This document shows, piece after piece, positions 22,016 to 30,876 of a stretch of DNA of 39,820 bases (the first letter of the stretch is position 1; the number at the start of each line of letters is the position of its first letter). The notes under the pieces were generated by a model that saw only the letters and a list, made by a program, of their open reading frames with translations, searched no databases and was not told the origin of the DNA. The position numbers were made by a program, and so were the translations under genes. This DNA is from Candidatus Kaiserbacteria bacterium RIFCSPHIGHO2_01_FULL_55_37 (lineage in GTDB: Bacteria; Patescibacteriota; Minisyncoccia; Phycocordibacterales; UBA2100). The stretch lies in assembly GCA_001781175.1 (NCBI GenBank), contig MFKY01000023.1:363-40182 (forward strand), in the 5' to 3' direction.

Positions 22016-22441
22016 ATGAACGTAGATAGGGCGATTTTGGTAGGGTTTTTAGGCAATTATTTGATAATTACAGTCGTCGCATCCTTTGTGGCGATTATTC
22101 CGGCATCTACCGGCGGAGGGATGCTGACTCCCCAGTACATTTCCTTCGTCGTCCTCGCGGCGCTTCTTGTCGGTCTTCTCACCTGGTGGTACGGCGCGCG
22201 TGACCTCAAAAATGGCGCTTATTTTGGTGCCATTGGATTTGCCGTGACCATCGTGACCGCATTTATAACGGGCGTCGCGTCGGTGTTTGCGCAGACGGGT
22301 TCGTTCTCAGCGATAGCTGGCGTGCTCCCTAATTTCTTGCCCTTCCTCATGAAATGGTCAACTCTCGTGTCGGCGGCCTATTGGATACTTCCCGCAGCGG
22401 CCCTGGGTTGGTACATGCAAAAGAAGTCGTCCTCGGTATAA
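22016..22441 (+). CDS. Hypothetical 4-TM membrane protein (141 aa)
   Basis: Hydrophobic throughout, with a terminator downstream. No family was recognised. Confidence 0.7.
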   Translation: MNVDRAILVGFLGNYLIITVVASFVAIIPASTGGGMLTPQYISFVVLAALLVGLLTWWYGARDLKNGAYFGAIGFAVTIVTAFITGVASVFAQTGSFSAIAGVLPNFLPFLMKWSTLVSAAYWILPAAALGWYMQKKSSSV

Positions 22442-22457
22442 TTGTTGTCCGATACAG

Positions 22458-23924
22458 CTAAAAGGCGCGGCCGTCGGCCGCTCCTTTTTTCGTGTACCAC
22501 AACCCGCCGAACATGAGGGCGTATGCCCCGAACATCCACCATGCGCTGAATGATGCGACCGATACCGAGGCAAACGGGAGAGCCGCAAAGAACTGCGCGA
22601 CGCCGATGATGTATGCGAGCAATGCGTACGCAGGAAACGCAATAAACGTCCCGAGCGAGCCGAACAATATCCCCGCCATCGCGGAGATGACGGAGAGTCC
22701 CATTGCCCACGGCACCACAACGAGCGCAAGAAGATTCGCCGGCAGTGCGACGAGTGAGAGAAGCCCATTTTGATACAACAGAAGCGGCAGTACCGTCATT
22801 TGCGTACCGAGTGTCGAGGCGGCAATCTCGCGCAGTGCGAATTTCTCCGGTATCCAATAAAGCCACCGCGCGAATACGGGAGAGAAAAGAACGAGCCCGA
22901 GCGTCGCGAGTACCGATAATTGGAATCCCGGGTCAAACGCGAAAATATACGGGTTCCAAAGCACCATCACGAGTACGACGACGCTAAGCGCACGAAGTGC
23001 CAGATACATACGCCCCGTCATGCGCGCGATGAGCGGGAGGAGTGCCATCGCGCCGGCACGCGTCGCACTCGGTGCCATGCCTGTCATGAGCACGATGAAC
23101 ACGACGATGAGCACACTCGCCGATAGTTGTGCGAGGCGCGACATTCCCGCAAGCAATTTTCCGGCCAAGTTCATCACGATTGTTATGTTGTATCCGGAAA
23201 GCACGATGATGTGCACGAGCCCGACGGCAATGAAAATGTCCGAGTACTCCTTTCCCACTCCGCGTTTGTCCCCCACCGTAATGCCGCCGGCAAGTCCCGA
23301 CTCCGGCTCCGGCAAAACCGCCTGTAACCCTTCCAGATATTTTTGTTTCGTCCAAATCGCCGCCGTCCGCAGAGGGTTTTTGTATCCTTCCGCAATTTTT
23401 TCCGCTTGTGCGAAAGAGAGCGTATACAAAATCCTGTCTTTGGCGAGGAACATCGGATAGTTGAATTGTCTGCCAAGCGTCGTTTCGAAACTTTCCGGCA
23501 GTCCGAGTTTCCCCTTGACCCGGACAACGTCCCCGTAATGCACTTCCGTATGCGGCGGCACTACGGCGAGCACGCTGATATCACCGACGCGTATGCGCAG
23601 CCGCACATTGCCCTCGCGAACATCGGGTTCGTCAACGACGAGACCGTCAACGGTCACCGTCTCCCCAAGATGCGAGGTGAGTTCCGGAGTACCATCCAGC
23701 ACCGCAAAATCCATACGGACAATCCCTGCCACACATGCGGCGAGTGCGACCGAGATAATCATCAACTGCTTCCATTTTGGTCTTTCGAAGTATGCAAAAG
23801 CGAGCGCGGTGAGAGAAAGTAAAAATAAAAAAGCCGCGAAAGGCCATGGCACGGAAAAGAACGAGCGCGCGAGAACCCCCGCCAAGAATCCTCCGACTAT
23901 CGCAGAGAGAACTCCCGGCGCCAT
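22458..23924 (-). CDS. comEC: ComEC/Rec2 DNA-uptake channel protein, lacking the MBL domain (488 aa)
   Basis: Polytopic protein. The N-terminal OB/DUF4131-like region (GETVTVDGLVVDEPDVREGNVRLRIRV) is followed by the competence membrane domain. The start is 3 nt after the rnhA stop. Confidence 0.88.
   Translation of the reverse strand: MAPGVLSAIVGGFLAGVLARSFFSVPWPFAAFLFLLSLTALAFAYFERPKWKQLMIISVALAACVAGIVRMDFAVLDGTPELTSHLGETVTVDGLVVDEPDVREGNVRLRIRVGDISVLAVVPPHTEVHYGDVVRVKGKLGLPESFETTLGRQFNYPMFLAKDRILYTLSFAQAEKIAEGYKNPLRTAAIWTKQKYLEGLQAVLPEPESGLAGGITVGDKRGVGKEYSDIFIAVGLVHIIVLSGYNITIVMNLAGKLLAGMSRLAQLSASVLIVVFIVLMTGMAPSATRAGAMALLPLIARMTGRMYLALRALSVVVLVMVLWNPYIFAFDPGFQLSVLATLGLVLFSPVFARWLYWIPEKFALREIAASTLGTQMTVLPLLLYQNGLLSLVALPANLLALVVVPWAMGLSVISAMAGILFGSLGTFIAFPAYALLAYIIGVAQFFAALPFASVSVASFSAWWMFGAYALMFGGLWYTKKGAADGRAF
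22460..22490 (+). terminator. Intrinsic terminator (lies inside the 3' end of the convergent comEC CDS)
   Basis: AAAAGGCGCGGCC-GTC-GGCCGCTCCTTTTTT: a 9-bp stem with one mismatch, followed by T6. Confidence 0.6.
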
Positions 23925-23927
23925 GGA

Positions 23928-24332
23928 CTACGTCGCCGCATCTATCGCTTCATTGACGAGCGCGTCCGCTTCGGCATTTTCCTCACGCGGGATGTGCACA
24001 AAATGATATTTCGGGAAATCCGCGAGAAGCGCATGCACTTTAGCGACCTGCGGCTTGAGTGTCGGCTCTTTAATCTTCCAATTCCCCAATATTTGTTCGA
24101 CGACGAGCTTGCTGTCCATGCGTACTTCTATTTCCCGCCCCGCGAGCCCGCGAGCCTTTGCAGCGTGCAACGCGAGCGCCACGGCTTCGTACTCCGCCCA
24201 ATTGTTGGTCTGACTCCCGAGATATTTTCTCAGCTCGACCCTCTTTTTGCCGTCAATAACGACAACGCCTGCTCCGGCGGGCCCGGGATTGTTTCTGGCT
24301 CCTCCGTCCGTATAAATCACTATTTTCTGCAT
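23928..24332 (-). CDS. rnhA: Ribonuclease HI
   Basis: IYTDGGARNNPGPAGAGVV, EYEA and HIPREENAEADALVNEA give the RNase H catalytic motif order. 134 aa. Confidence 0.92.
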   Translation of the reverse strand: MQKIVIYTDGGARNNPGPAGAGVVVIDGKKRVELRKYLGSQTNNWAEYEAVALALHAAKARGLAGREIEVRMDSKLVVEQILGNWKIKEPTLKPQVAKVHALLADFPKYHFVHIPREENAEADALVNEAIDAAT

Positions 24333-24355
24333 AGTTTGTTGTCCCCGTCGGCCTG

Positions 24356-24390
24356 CCCCGTAGTCAACGCGCAGCGTTGTACTACCGGGG
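24356..24390 (-). other. Imperfect 15-bp hairpin between recJ and rnhA
   Basis: CCCCGTAGTCAACGC-GCA-GCGTTGTACTACCGGGG with one bulge and no U-tract. Confidence 0.3.
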
Positions 24391-24425
24391 TGTAGATGAT
24401 TACTTTCCGGGACATGAAGTCCGTA

Positions 24426-26114
24426 TTATACCGATATGGGCAGGATATCCACAATGCGCAAGGCGAGGCCACCGCGGTATGAATCGCGCTCTATCGTTGC
24501 GAGCAGACTCGCGAATTGTCCCGGCTCCGGCTCAAATGAGAAATCTTGAGGCGACTTGAAAAAATCGAACGCGCGCGCGGAATTCCCGCTCGTGCGGCAT
24601 TCGAGCATGACCTCGACGTGATTGTTCTCCTTCCCGAAACGTTTCACCCCTGTGATGGTCGTGTTGCTCAGAAGGAAGACCGGCTTCGGATTTCCGACAC
24701 CGAAAGGCGCGAGCTTCGAAACTTCTCTGAAGAGCGCCGACGAGATATCAGAAAGGGCGAGAGACACGTCGTGTTCAAGTGCGACTCTATCCGCACGAGG
24801 CGGTAACTTTTCTGCGGCACGCGTGAGTACCTCCGGCAATTGATGCACCTGCTCGTGTGAAACGGTAAAGCCGCCTGACGCAGCATGCCCTCCGCATTCC
24901 TCGAAAACGTCCCCTGCGTTCTCAAAAAGCTCGGCGAGAGACACGTCGCCATCCGAACGGCACGAGCCTTTCAGTTTCCCGTTCGCGTCCCGTCCCCACA
25001 GACACACGATGCCGCCTCTGTCCGACATCAAAGAGTTAGCCGCGAGACCCAGAAGCGCCGGCTTCCATTCGGGATTTCCCAAGACGACGACGCGGTCGTT
25101 CTCTTTGTATCGCTCTTTCACGTGGGTCCGCGCTTGTTTTACCAGACTCGCGACCACTCCCTTTCTCTTCGTGTTCAGTTTCTCGAGTTGCGCAGCCAGG
25201 CTTTCGGCTTCGGCAACATCGCGTGTAACGAGAAGCCGCAGCGCCAAGTCCGGCTCATCCATCCGCGAAGCCGCGTTCACGCGAGGTGCGATAGAAAATC
25301 CGATGTCACTTTCAGAAAGTTCATTCTGTCTCAGACGAAGCTTGTTGCAGAGCGCCTGAATACCGGGCCGCGGTGATTTGCGCAGTACCTGTAGACCCCA
25401 ATGGGTGAGTGCGCGATTTTCTCCTATAAGCGGCACCATATCGGCGACGGTCGCGATGGCGACCATATCGAGCAGCCACTTTTCCCAACCTTCCGGGATA
25501 TCGTGTTTCCCGGCAAGAGTGACTGCTGCGCCCTTTCGAAGCTCGCCTGTCGGCGAGCGAAGTAGGGCCTGCGCAAGCTTGAAAGCGACCGCAGCCCCGC
25601 ACAAATGCGGGAATGGGTATGGTGCGATTTTCGGATTCAACACTGCAACCGCATCGGGAAGTTCTCCCGAAATTTCATGGTGGTCGGTCACGATGACGTC
25701 AACGCCTTTTTCTTTGGCGTACGCAACCGCGTCAATCGCAGTCGTACCGACGTCCACCGTGATGATGAGTTTCACACCGCGCGCGGCGAGTGCCTCTATC
25801 GCTTCAGCGTGAAATCCGTATCCCTCCCTGTCGCGATGCGGCAGATACACCTCGAAATTTTCATACCCGATTTTATTGAAAAGGTCGGAAAGCAGCGCGG
25901 CACCCGGGATACCATCGCAATCAAAATCCGCATACACCGCAATGCGCTCGTTCTTTTCTATCGCCGACGACAATCGCGCCACGGCAACATCCATCCCGTG
26001 CAATAAGAACGGGTCGTGCGTGTGTAGTTCATAATCGGGATTGAGAAAAGCCGAGACTTCGGCAGCGTCGGATATTCCCCGTTTTGCAAGAAGCCTTACC
26101 ACGAGGTCGTGCAT
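24426..26114 (-). CDS. recJ: Single-stranded-DNA-specific exonuclease RecJ
   Basis: DHH-family motifs YADFDCDGI, VTDHHE and GGHAASGGF. 562 aa. Confidence 0.95.
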   Translation of the reverse strand: MHDLVVRLLAKRGISDAAEVSAFLNPDYELHTHDPFLLHGMDVAVARLSSAIEKNERIAVYADFDCDGIPGAALLSDLFNKIGYENFEVYLPHRDREGYGFHAEAIEALAARGVKLIITVDVGTTAIDAVAYAKEKGVDVIVTDHHEISGELPDAVAVLNPKIAPYPFPHLCGAAVAFKLAQALLRSPTGELRKGAAVTLAGKHDIPEGWEKWLLDMVAIATVADMVPLIGENRALTHWGLQVLRKSPRPGIQALCNKLRLRQNELSESDIGFSIAPRVNAASRMDEPDLALRLLVTRDVAEAESLAAQLEKLNTKRKGVVASLVKQARTHVKERYKENDRVVVLGNPEWKPALLGLAANSLMSDRGGIVCLWGRDANGKLKGSCRSDGDVSLAELFENAGDVFEECGGHAASGGFTVSHEQVHQLPEVLTRAAEKLPPRADRVALEHDVSLALSDISSALFREVSKLAPFGVGNPKPVFLLSNTTITGVKRFGKENNHVEVMLECRTSGNSARAFDFFKSPQDFSFEPEPGQFASLLATIERDSYRGGLALRIVDILPISV

Positions 26115-26122
26115 GATGTCTT

Positions 26123-26132
26123 ATTGTATACT
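26123..26132. promoter_or_regulatory. Overlapping divergent -10 boxes (recJ TACAAT on minus, HIT TATACT on plus)
   Basis: ATTGTATACT: minus-sense TACAAT at 26123..26128 is 8 nt from ATG 26114, and plus-sense TATACT at 26127..26132 is 6 nt from ATG 26139. Confidence 0.45.
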
Positions 26133-26138
26133 GGATAC

Positions 26139-26558
26139 ATGAATGCTGCTGATTGCCTGTTTTGTAAAATAGTTGTACGGGAAATTCCCGCGCAAATCGT
26201 CTATGAAGACGACAACGTATTGGCATTCCTCGACATCAACCCTATTAACCCCGGTCATACCCTCGTTATACCGAAGAAGCACTCTAAGGACATCTTCGAG
26301 ATAGATTACGCGGAATGGACTGCCGTCATGCGCGCCGCGCGTGTCATTGCCCACGCGCTAGAGACTGCACTCAAGACCGACGGTATCAACCTCGGCATGA
26401 ACAACCGCGCAGGTGCCGGCCAGGTGGTTTTCCACGCCCACGTGCATGTGATACCGCGATTCGAAGGCGATCCGCACAAGCTCTGGCGCGGCAAGCCGTA
26501 CGCCGAGGGAGAATTCGCAGCAACAGGAGACAAAATTCGCGCAGCGCTCAATAAATAA
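26139..26558 (+). CDS. HIT-family nucleotide hydrolase/transferase
   Basis: HAHVHVIPR histidine triad. The start is set to ATG 26139 (MNAADCLFCKI...). Confidence 0.9.
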   Translation: MNAADCLFCKIVVREIPAQIVYEDDNVLAFLDINPINPGHTLVIPKKHSKDIFEIDYAEWTAVMRAARVIAHALETALKTDGINLGMNNRAGAGQVVFHAHVHVIPRFEGDPHKLWRGKPYAEGEFAATGDKIRAALNK

Positions 26559-26593
26559 ATCATTGCGGGGCCTACCCGAGCCTTCTCGTTCGG

Positions 26594-26629
26594 ATTCCAA
26601 TACTTAATTTTTACATTAAGTATTGGAAT
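26594..26629. repeat. AT-rich perfect 15-bp inverted repeat (possible bidirectional terminator or binding site)
   Basis: ATTCCAATACTTAAT-TTTTAC-ATTAAGTATTGGAAT, between the convergent HIT and pgk genes. No 3' U-tract is present. Confidence 0.7.
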
Positions 26630-26643
26630 TGGGCATCAAAGGA

Positions 26644-27777
26644 TTAGCTGAGGGCGGCGATGCCGGGGAGGGTTCCCTTCAATAGGTACTCAAGCATCGC
26701 TCCGCCGCCGGTCGAGAGGAAGCCGAGGTCTTTTTGTGATACGCCGGTCGCTTCTATTGCGGCGATGGTGTCGCCGCCGCCGATGACTTTCTTCCCTTCG
26801 TTCTTTGAAATGAGCTCCGCAACTGCCTGCGTGTAGTGGATATAGCCGCTCTCATACATGCCGGTGGGGCCTGCCCAAAGGATGAATTTGGCGGCGGCGA
26901 TATGCGGAGCGAGCATTGCGACCGTGTCGGGACCTATATCTACTACCTTATCGTCGGGCTGCACGTCCTGCGGTTTTTTGACGTGTGCTTGTCCGTCAGG
27001 CGTCTCCGTCGTCACGTCGAGCGGCGCAAGGAAATGCGGGTTCGAAAGGATGTCCTCGCCGGGTAGTTCTTTGGAAATGAGTGAACGGCCAACCGGAAGT
27101 CCTCGCGCCTTGAAAACATCATTCGCAAGCGCGCCGGTAATGAATACGTGGTCGTACTTTTCGAGCAACAATTTAATGAGCGGCGCTTTCGTCTCGAATT
27201 TCGCCCCGCCGAGAATGGCAAGCGAGGGGTGTTCGGGTGCGCGGGCGGCATCAATCTCGTTTACTTCGTTCCGCATCAGTAGTCCCGCGTACGAAGGAAG
27301 GAATTTCGGAACACCAATCATCGTCGCGCTTCCGCGATGTGCGCTGGGGAAAGCATCATTCACATATATGTCGGCGAGCGTGGAAAGTTCTTTCGCATAA
27401 GAATCATCCCCCGCTATTTCACGTGGGTCACGTTGTAAATTTTCAATCATTATCATCTCTCCATCTTTCATAGCACCGACGGCTTGATGCGCCACAATGC
27501 CCGTGAGGTCGGGGACGAAAACTACAGGAACATATTTCCTAAGCGCTTCTGCAACAGGTGCAATTGAAATCTTATCTTTCGGTTTATGTCCAACTTTTGA
27601 TGCAATTATCGTTCGCGCGCCGCTCTTGGAAAGAAACCCGACCGTCGGGAGCGAACGTTCGAGCCGGAAGACGTCCGATACGTTGCCGTCGTCATCCACA
27701 GGCAAATCCATTCCGGTGCGCAACAAAACACGCTTTCCTTTTAATTCACTCGCGGGAATTTCGTCGATGCATTTCAT
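26644..27777 (-). CDS. pgk: Phosphoglycerate kinase
   Basis: 377 aa with RVLLRTGMDLPV, AILGGAKFETK and FLSTGGGAMLEYL motifs. Confidence 0.96.
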   Translation of the reverse strand: MKCIDEIPASELKGKRVLLRTGMDLPVDDDGNVSDVFRLERSLPTVGFLSKSGARTIIASKVGHKPKDKISIAPVAEALRKYVPVVFVPDLTGIVAHQAVGAMKDGEMIMIENLQRDPREIAGDDSYAKELSTLADIYVNDAFPSAHRGSATMIGVPKFLPSYAGLLMRNEVNEIDAARAPEHPSLAILGGAKFETKAPLIKLLLEKYDHVFITGALANDVFKARGLPVGRSLISKELPGEDILSNPHFLAPLDVTTETPDGQAHVKKPQDVQPDDKVVDIGPDTVAMLAPHIAAAKFILWAGPTGMYESGYIHYTQAVAELISKNEGKKVIGGGDTIAAIEATGVSQKDLGFLSTGGGAMLEYLLKGTLPGIAALS

Positions 27778-27782
27778 ACCGC

Positions 27783-28562
27783 CTAGGATAGCGAACTGAT
27801 AAGGGCTGCAAACCGGAACGCGTCGATACTCACATGCCCGACGATGAAACCCTGCGCCCCGCTTTCTTGGAGCATCGGGAGTGCGTTCGATTCTGTCGTG
27901 GCGCCTCCGTACAATATTTTGACATTCATGCCCGCTTCGTAGCCTTTTCCGCCGGAGGTGGATCCTCCTCCGGAGGACATGCCGACGAGGGTCTTGCGGA
28001 TAAAAATCGTCATCTCGTGCATATCGCGCGGGCTCATGGTCTTCTCGCCGCCAATCGCCCAGACAGGTTCGTAGGCGACGAGAACTTTTGTGACCTTGCT
28101 CGGCTCGACATCCGCAAACGCCGCACGCAGCTGCTCTTTTACGAAAGAAAAATGCTCGCCGTTCTGCGAGCGCTCGCGTTCGCCGACGCAGAGAATCGGT
28201 GTCATGCCGCAGACGAGGGCGGCGGCCACTACCTTTCCCGCAGCTTCGTTCGTCTCCCCTTTTGCCCGTTGCTCCGAATGACCAACGATGACGTACTGCG
28301 CTCCCGCATCTTTTGCTTGCAGCAAAGAAATATCTCCCGTGTACGCGCCGCTTCCCTCCGCGCTTGCCTGTTGTAGCGCGAATGCAACTCTCTTTCCCTT
28401 GTACCGCGCACGCAAGTCGCGCAAAAAGATTGCGGGCGGCGCCACGATGAGCGTCACATTCTTCGCGGACTCCGCGGCCTTCCTCGTCGCATCAAAAAGC
28501 TTCTTCGCCTCGCGCATGGTCGGCGGATTCATCTTCCAATTGGCGACGACGATGGATTTCAT
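27783..28562 (-). CDS. tpiA: Triosephosphate isomerase
   Basis: VANWKMN, VGHSEQR and AYEPVWAIGG motifs. 259 aa. The stop is 5 nt before the pgk start. Confidence 0.96.
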   Translation of the reverse strand: MKSIVVANWKMNPPTMREAKKLFDATRKAAESAKNVTLIVAPPAIFLRDLRARYKGKRVAFALQQASAEGSGAYTGDISLLQAKDAGAQYVIVGHSEQRAKGETNEAAGKVVAAALVCGMTPILCVGERERSQNGEHFSFVKEQLRAAFADVEPSKVTKVLVAYEPVWAIGGEKTMSPRDMHEMTIFIRKTLVGMSSGGGSTSGGKGYEAGMNVKILYGGATTESNALPMLQESGAQGFIVGHVSIDAFRFAALISSLS

Positions 28563-28568
28563 TGACGG

Positions 28569-28577
28569 ATTGTATCA
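28569..28577 (-). promoter_or_regulatory. Extended -10 (TGATACAAT), 6 nt upstream of the tpiA ATG
   Basis: Read directly from the sequence. No SD is present. Confidence 0.5.
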
Positions 28578-28746
28578 CCTCTAAATCCTCAAGCGAGTGC
28601 GGCGGCGCATCTTAGAACCTCCCGGAGGCGAAGAGCCGAGGATTAAGGGTTTTTCAGCAGATGATTCAGCAGAATCACATCGCGTAATTGTCCTTAAAAC
28701 GCGATGCCGCCCGGGTTCTGAGATGCACTGCCGTCGAGCGCCCCCG

Positions 28747-30273
28747 CTATTGCTCCCGCCAGAGGACGAAACCGTAGTCGGTCGACGCGGAGGGCGTGAA
28801 CGGAGGCGGGTTGGTCGCCTGCAGTTGGTCATATGCATCTATACGAGTCTGAAATCCGGAGCATGTGGTGCTGCCGCATATCCAACTCGTCCCTGTTCGG
28901 GCGTTAGAGACGACCGTACCAACGGTAGTGAGTTGCGAGCGAAGGACGTAAGAGGCCCACGCAGACCCGACCCGCTGACTGGAGGAGTATGAAGAGCTAT
29001 TCGTATAAAAGTTGCGTCCGTAGCGCCCGCTGTGAGCGGAGAAAATGCCGTGAATTTCCATGGTGTCGGGGACGTTCAGCGGGATGAGAACGTTGCGCTC
29101 CGCCATGACGGTGAGGCCCGACGTGCCGTCATTCGCCGCGTAGGTAATGTTGTTCGGCAGATACACATCGATGGTTGTGCCGGTGTCGGAGGGGGTAGCG
29201 GCGACGACCGTGACCTTCCCTTTTACGACACCTTCTATCCATACTCTGTCCTCGAGAAAAATGAGGCTGCACGAGGAGGGAATCGTGTAATTCCCCAGCA
29301 ATGTTTCACCCGCTATTATGCTGTATTCTGTTGCTCCAGTCGTCCAGCCAGTTTGCGAGTTGTAGCTTGGGATACCGGTGGTGGAGGTCACACGGCGGAC
29401 ATCGAACGTGCCGTTGGATTTAAAAATGAGGTGGTAACCGCGGCTATCTACCACACCGGTGGAAGATGCAAAATACAGGCCGCCGCCCGTTTGCGCATAG
29501 GTCTTCAGGTTCGCGAGGTTCGTCGCAATACCCGCAAAGTCAATAGAAGCGGCCGATGAGTGCCATAGCGCCGAGCCGCTCCCGGAGCCCACAACACCCG
29601 GCGCGCTACTTTGCGTCGGAGAACAGCCGTAACTACTGTTGCAGACCCATGTCGTCTTTGCGCTCGAGACGTCGGAATTATTCGTCCCGTCCATACGAAT
29701 GCCGCCGTTGGAAAAATATTGACCCGTAATCGCACGGTCGGACCCCGCCCACACGTTACTGTTCAATAAATACGAGTACGCGGCGACCGACTGGCGCATA
29801 TAGCGTGCAAGGAGCGTGCGTGTGAACACCAAATTGGTATTCGAAGTCCCTTGCGAGGTGATATCTATCGACTGGATGATGCCGCACTGTGAGTTGCCGG
29901 CAACGGAGAGTGCGGCTGAGCCCAACTCGCCTCCCTCGGGATCGCTCACGGTATACGTATAAGGCCCGGATTGGCCGGTACCGTTCGTCAGGTTGTTCGG
30001 GTTGTGCGCGAGAAACCAGCGGTAATATTCCAGCCCCGCTTCGGCGATAGTGAGCGCCTGTTCCCGCCCGTAGAGAGCACGCCCGTACTTCGCCTGCTGG
30101 AATGCGTAGCTCGTGATAGTCCCCATGATGAGGAGAAAAATGCCCATAAATGCGATGACGAGCATCGTCGTTACCCCTCGCTGCGCTCGCCAGGAGACAG
30201 GAGGAAAGACACAAGAGGCAGGACGAATTTCATCGTCTTTCGCATGCCTCATTCCTCTTAGTTCGTGGTTCAT
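28747..30273 (-). CDS. PilX-like pilus minor component (508 aa)
   Basis: The N-terminal hydrophobic segment QRGVTTMLVIAFMGIFLLIMG followed by ALTIAEAGLEYY is PilX_N-like. The gene is adjacent to the two prepilin-like genes. Confidence 0.65.
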   Translation of the reverse strand: MNHELRGMRHAKDDEIRPASCVFPPVSWRAQRGVTTMLVIAFMGIFLLIMGTITSYAFQQAKYGRALYGREQALTIAEAGLEYYRWFLAHNPNNLTNGTGQSGPYTYTVSDPEGGELGSAALSVAGNSQCGIIQSIDITSQGTSNTNLVFTRTLLARYMRQSVAAYSYLLNSNVWAGSDRAITGQYFSNGGIRMDGTNNSDVSSAKTTWVCNSSYGCSPTQSSAPGVVGSGSGSALWHSSAASIDFAGIATNLANLKTYAQTGGGLYFASSTGVVDSRGYHLIFKSNGTFDVRRVTSTTGIPSYNSQTGWTTGATEYSIIAGETLLGNYTIPSSCSLIFLEDRVWIEGVVKGKVTVVAATPSDTGTTIDVYLPNNITYAANDGTSGLTVMAERNVLIPLNVPDTMEIHGIFSAHSGRYGRNFYTNSSSYSSSQRVGSAWASYVLRSQLTTVGTVVSNARTGTSWICGSTTCSGFQTRIDAYDQLQATNPPPFTPSASTDYGFVLWREQ

Positions 30274-30275
30274 AG

Positions 30276-30875
30276 TTAGTGCCCGATTAAGTTCCGCATC
30301 GCAGCGGAGGAACGCAGTGAAAGCGGCGTCGGTGAGCGGACGGGGTCGACATCAACGAGCAGCGTCGCGGAGATGTACCGCACATCTCCGATTTTCGCAT
30401 AATCGCTCACGAGCGTGCCATTCTTATCGTAGTAGGAAAAAAGCGACGTCCCCAGAATCACATTCCTCACATTGTCGGAGACGGTTGAGGTCGCTTCGGC
30501 TCCCGTATACACGAAAGGATCTCCGGAGGGCTCAACGGTGCCCCGAACGAGCGAAGTCCCCGAGAGGTAGTAGTGCACCAATTCGATGCCTGAGTCACCG
30601 TCTATCTCAGCGTAGAATTTCAGCTCGTTATTGCCGAGAGAAACGACCGGGTACGCGCCGTTGCTCGCATAGGAAGCCTCGCGTATCGTCCGGATCATGA
30701 GGTCAATCCCGCGTTGTGCGGAAGCGGTCGCGGCTCCTTGTTGGACAGAATAGTTACTCGTTCGGTAGAAATACAGGACTGACGAGGTGAGCGCGAGCAT
30801 CGCCGAAGTAAAGACCGCGACCCATACGACGGCTTCAAGAAGGCCCATCCCCCTTCCGTGTGAAGTGCGTTCCAT
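30276..30875 (-). CDS. Prepilin-type minor pilin (PilW/GspJ-like, 199 aa)
   Basis: GRG|MGLLEAVVWVAVF has Gly at -1 and Glu at +5, followed by a hydrophobic helix. Confidence 0.75.
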   Translation of the reverse strand: MERTSHGRGMGLLEAVVWVAVFTSAMLALTSSVLYFYRTSNYSVQQGAATASAQRGIDLMIRTIREASYASNGAYPVVSLGNNELKFYAEIDGDSGIELVHYYLSGTSLVRGTVEPSGDPFVYTGAEATSTVSDNVRNVILGTSLFSYYDKNGTLVSDYAKIGDVRYISATLLVDVDPVRSPTPLSLRSSAAMRNLIGH

Positions 30876-30876
30876 A

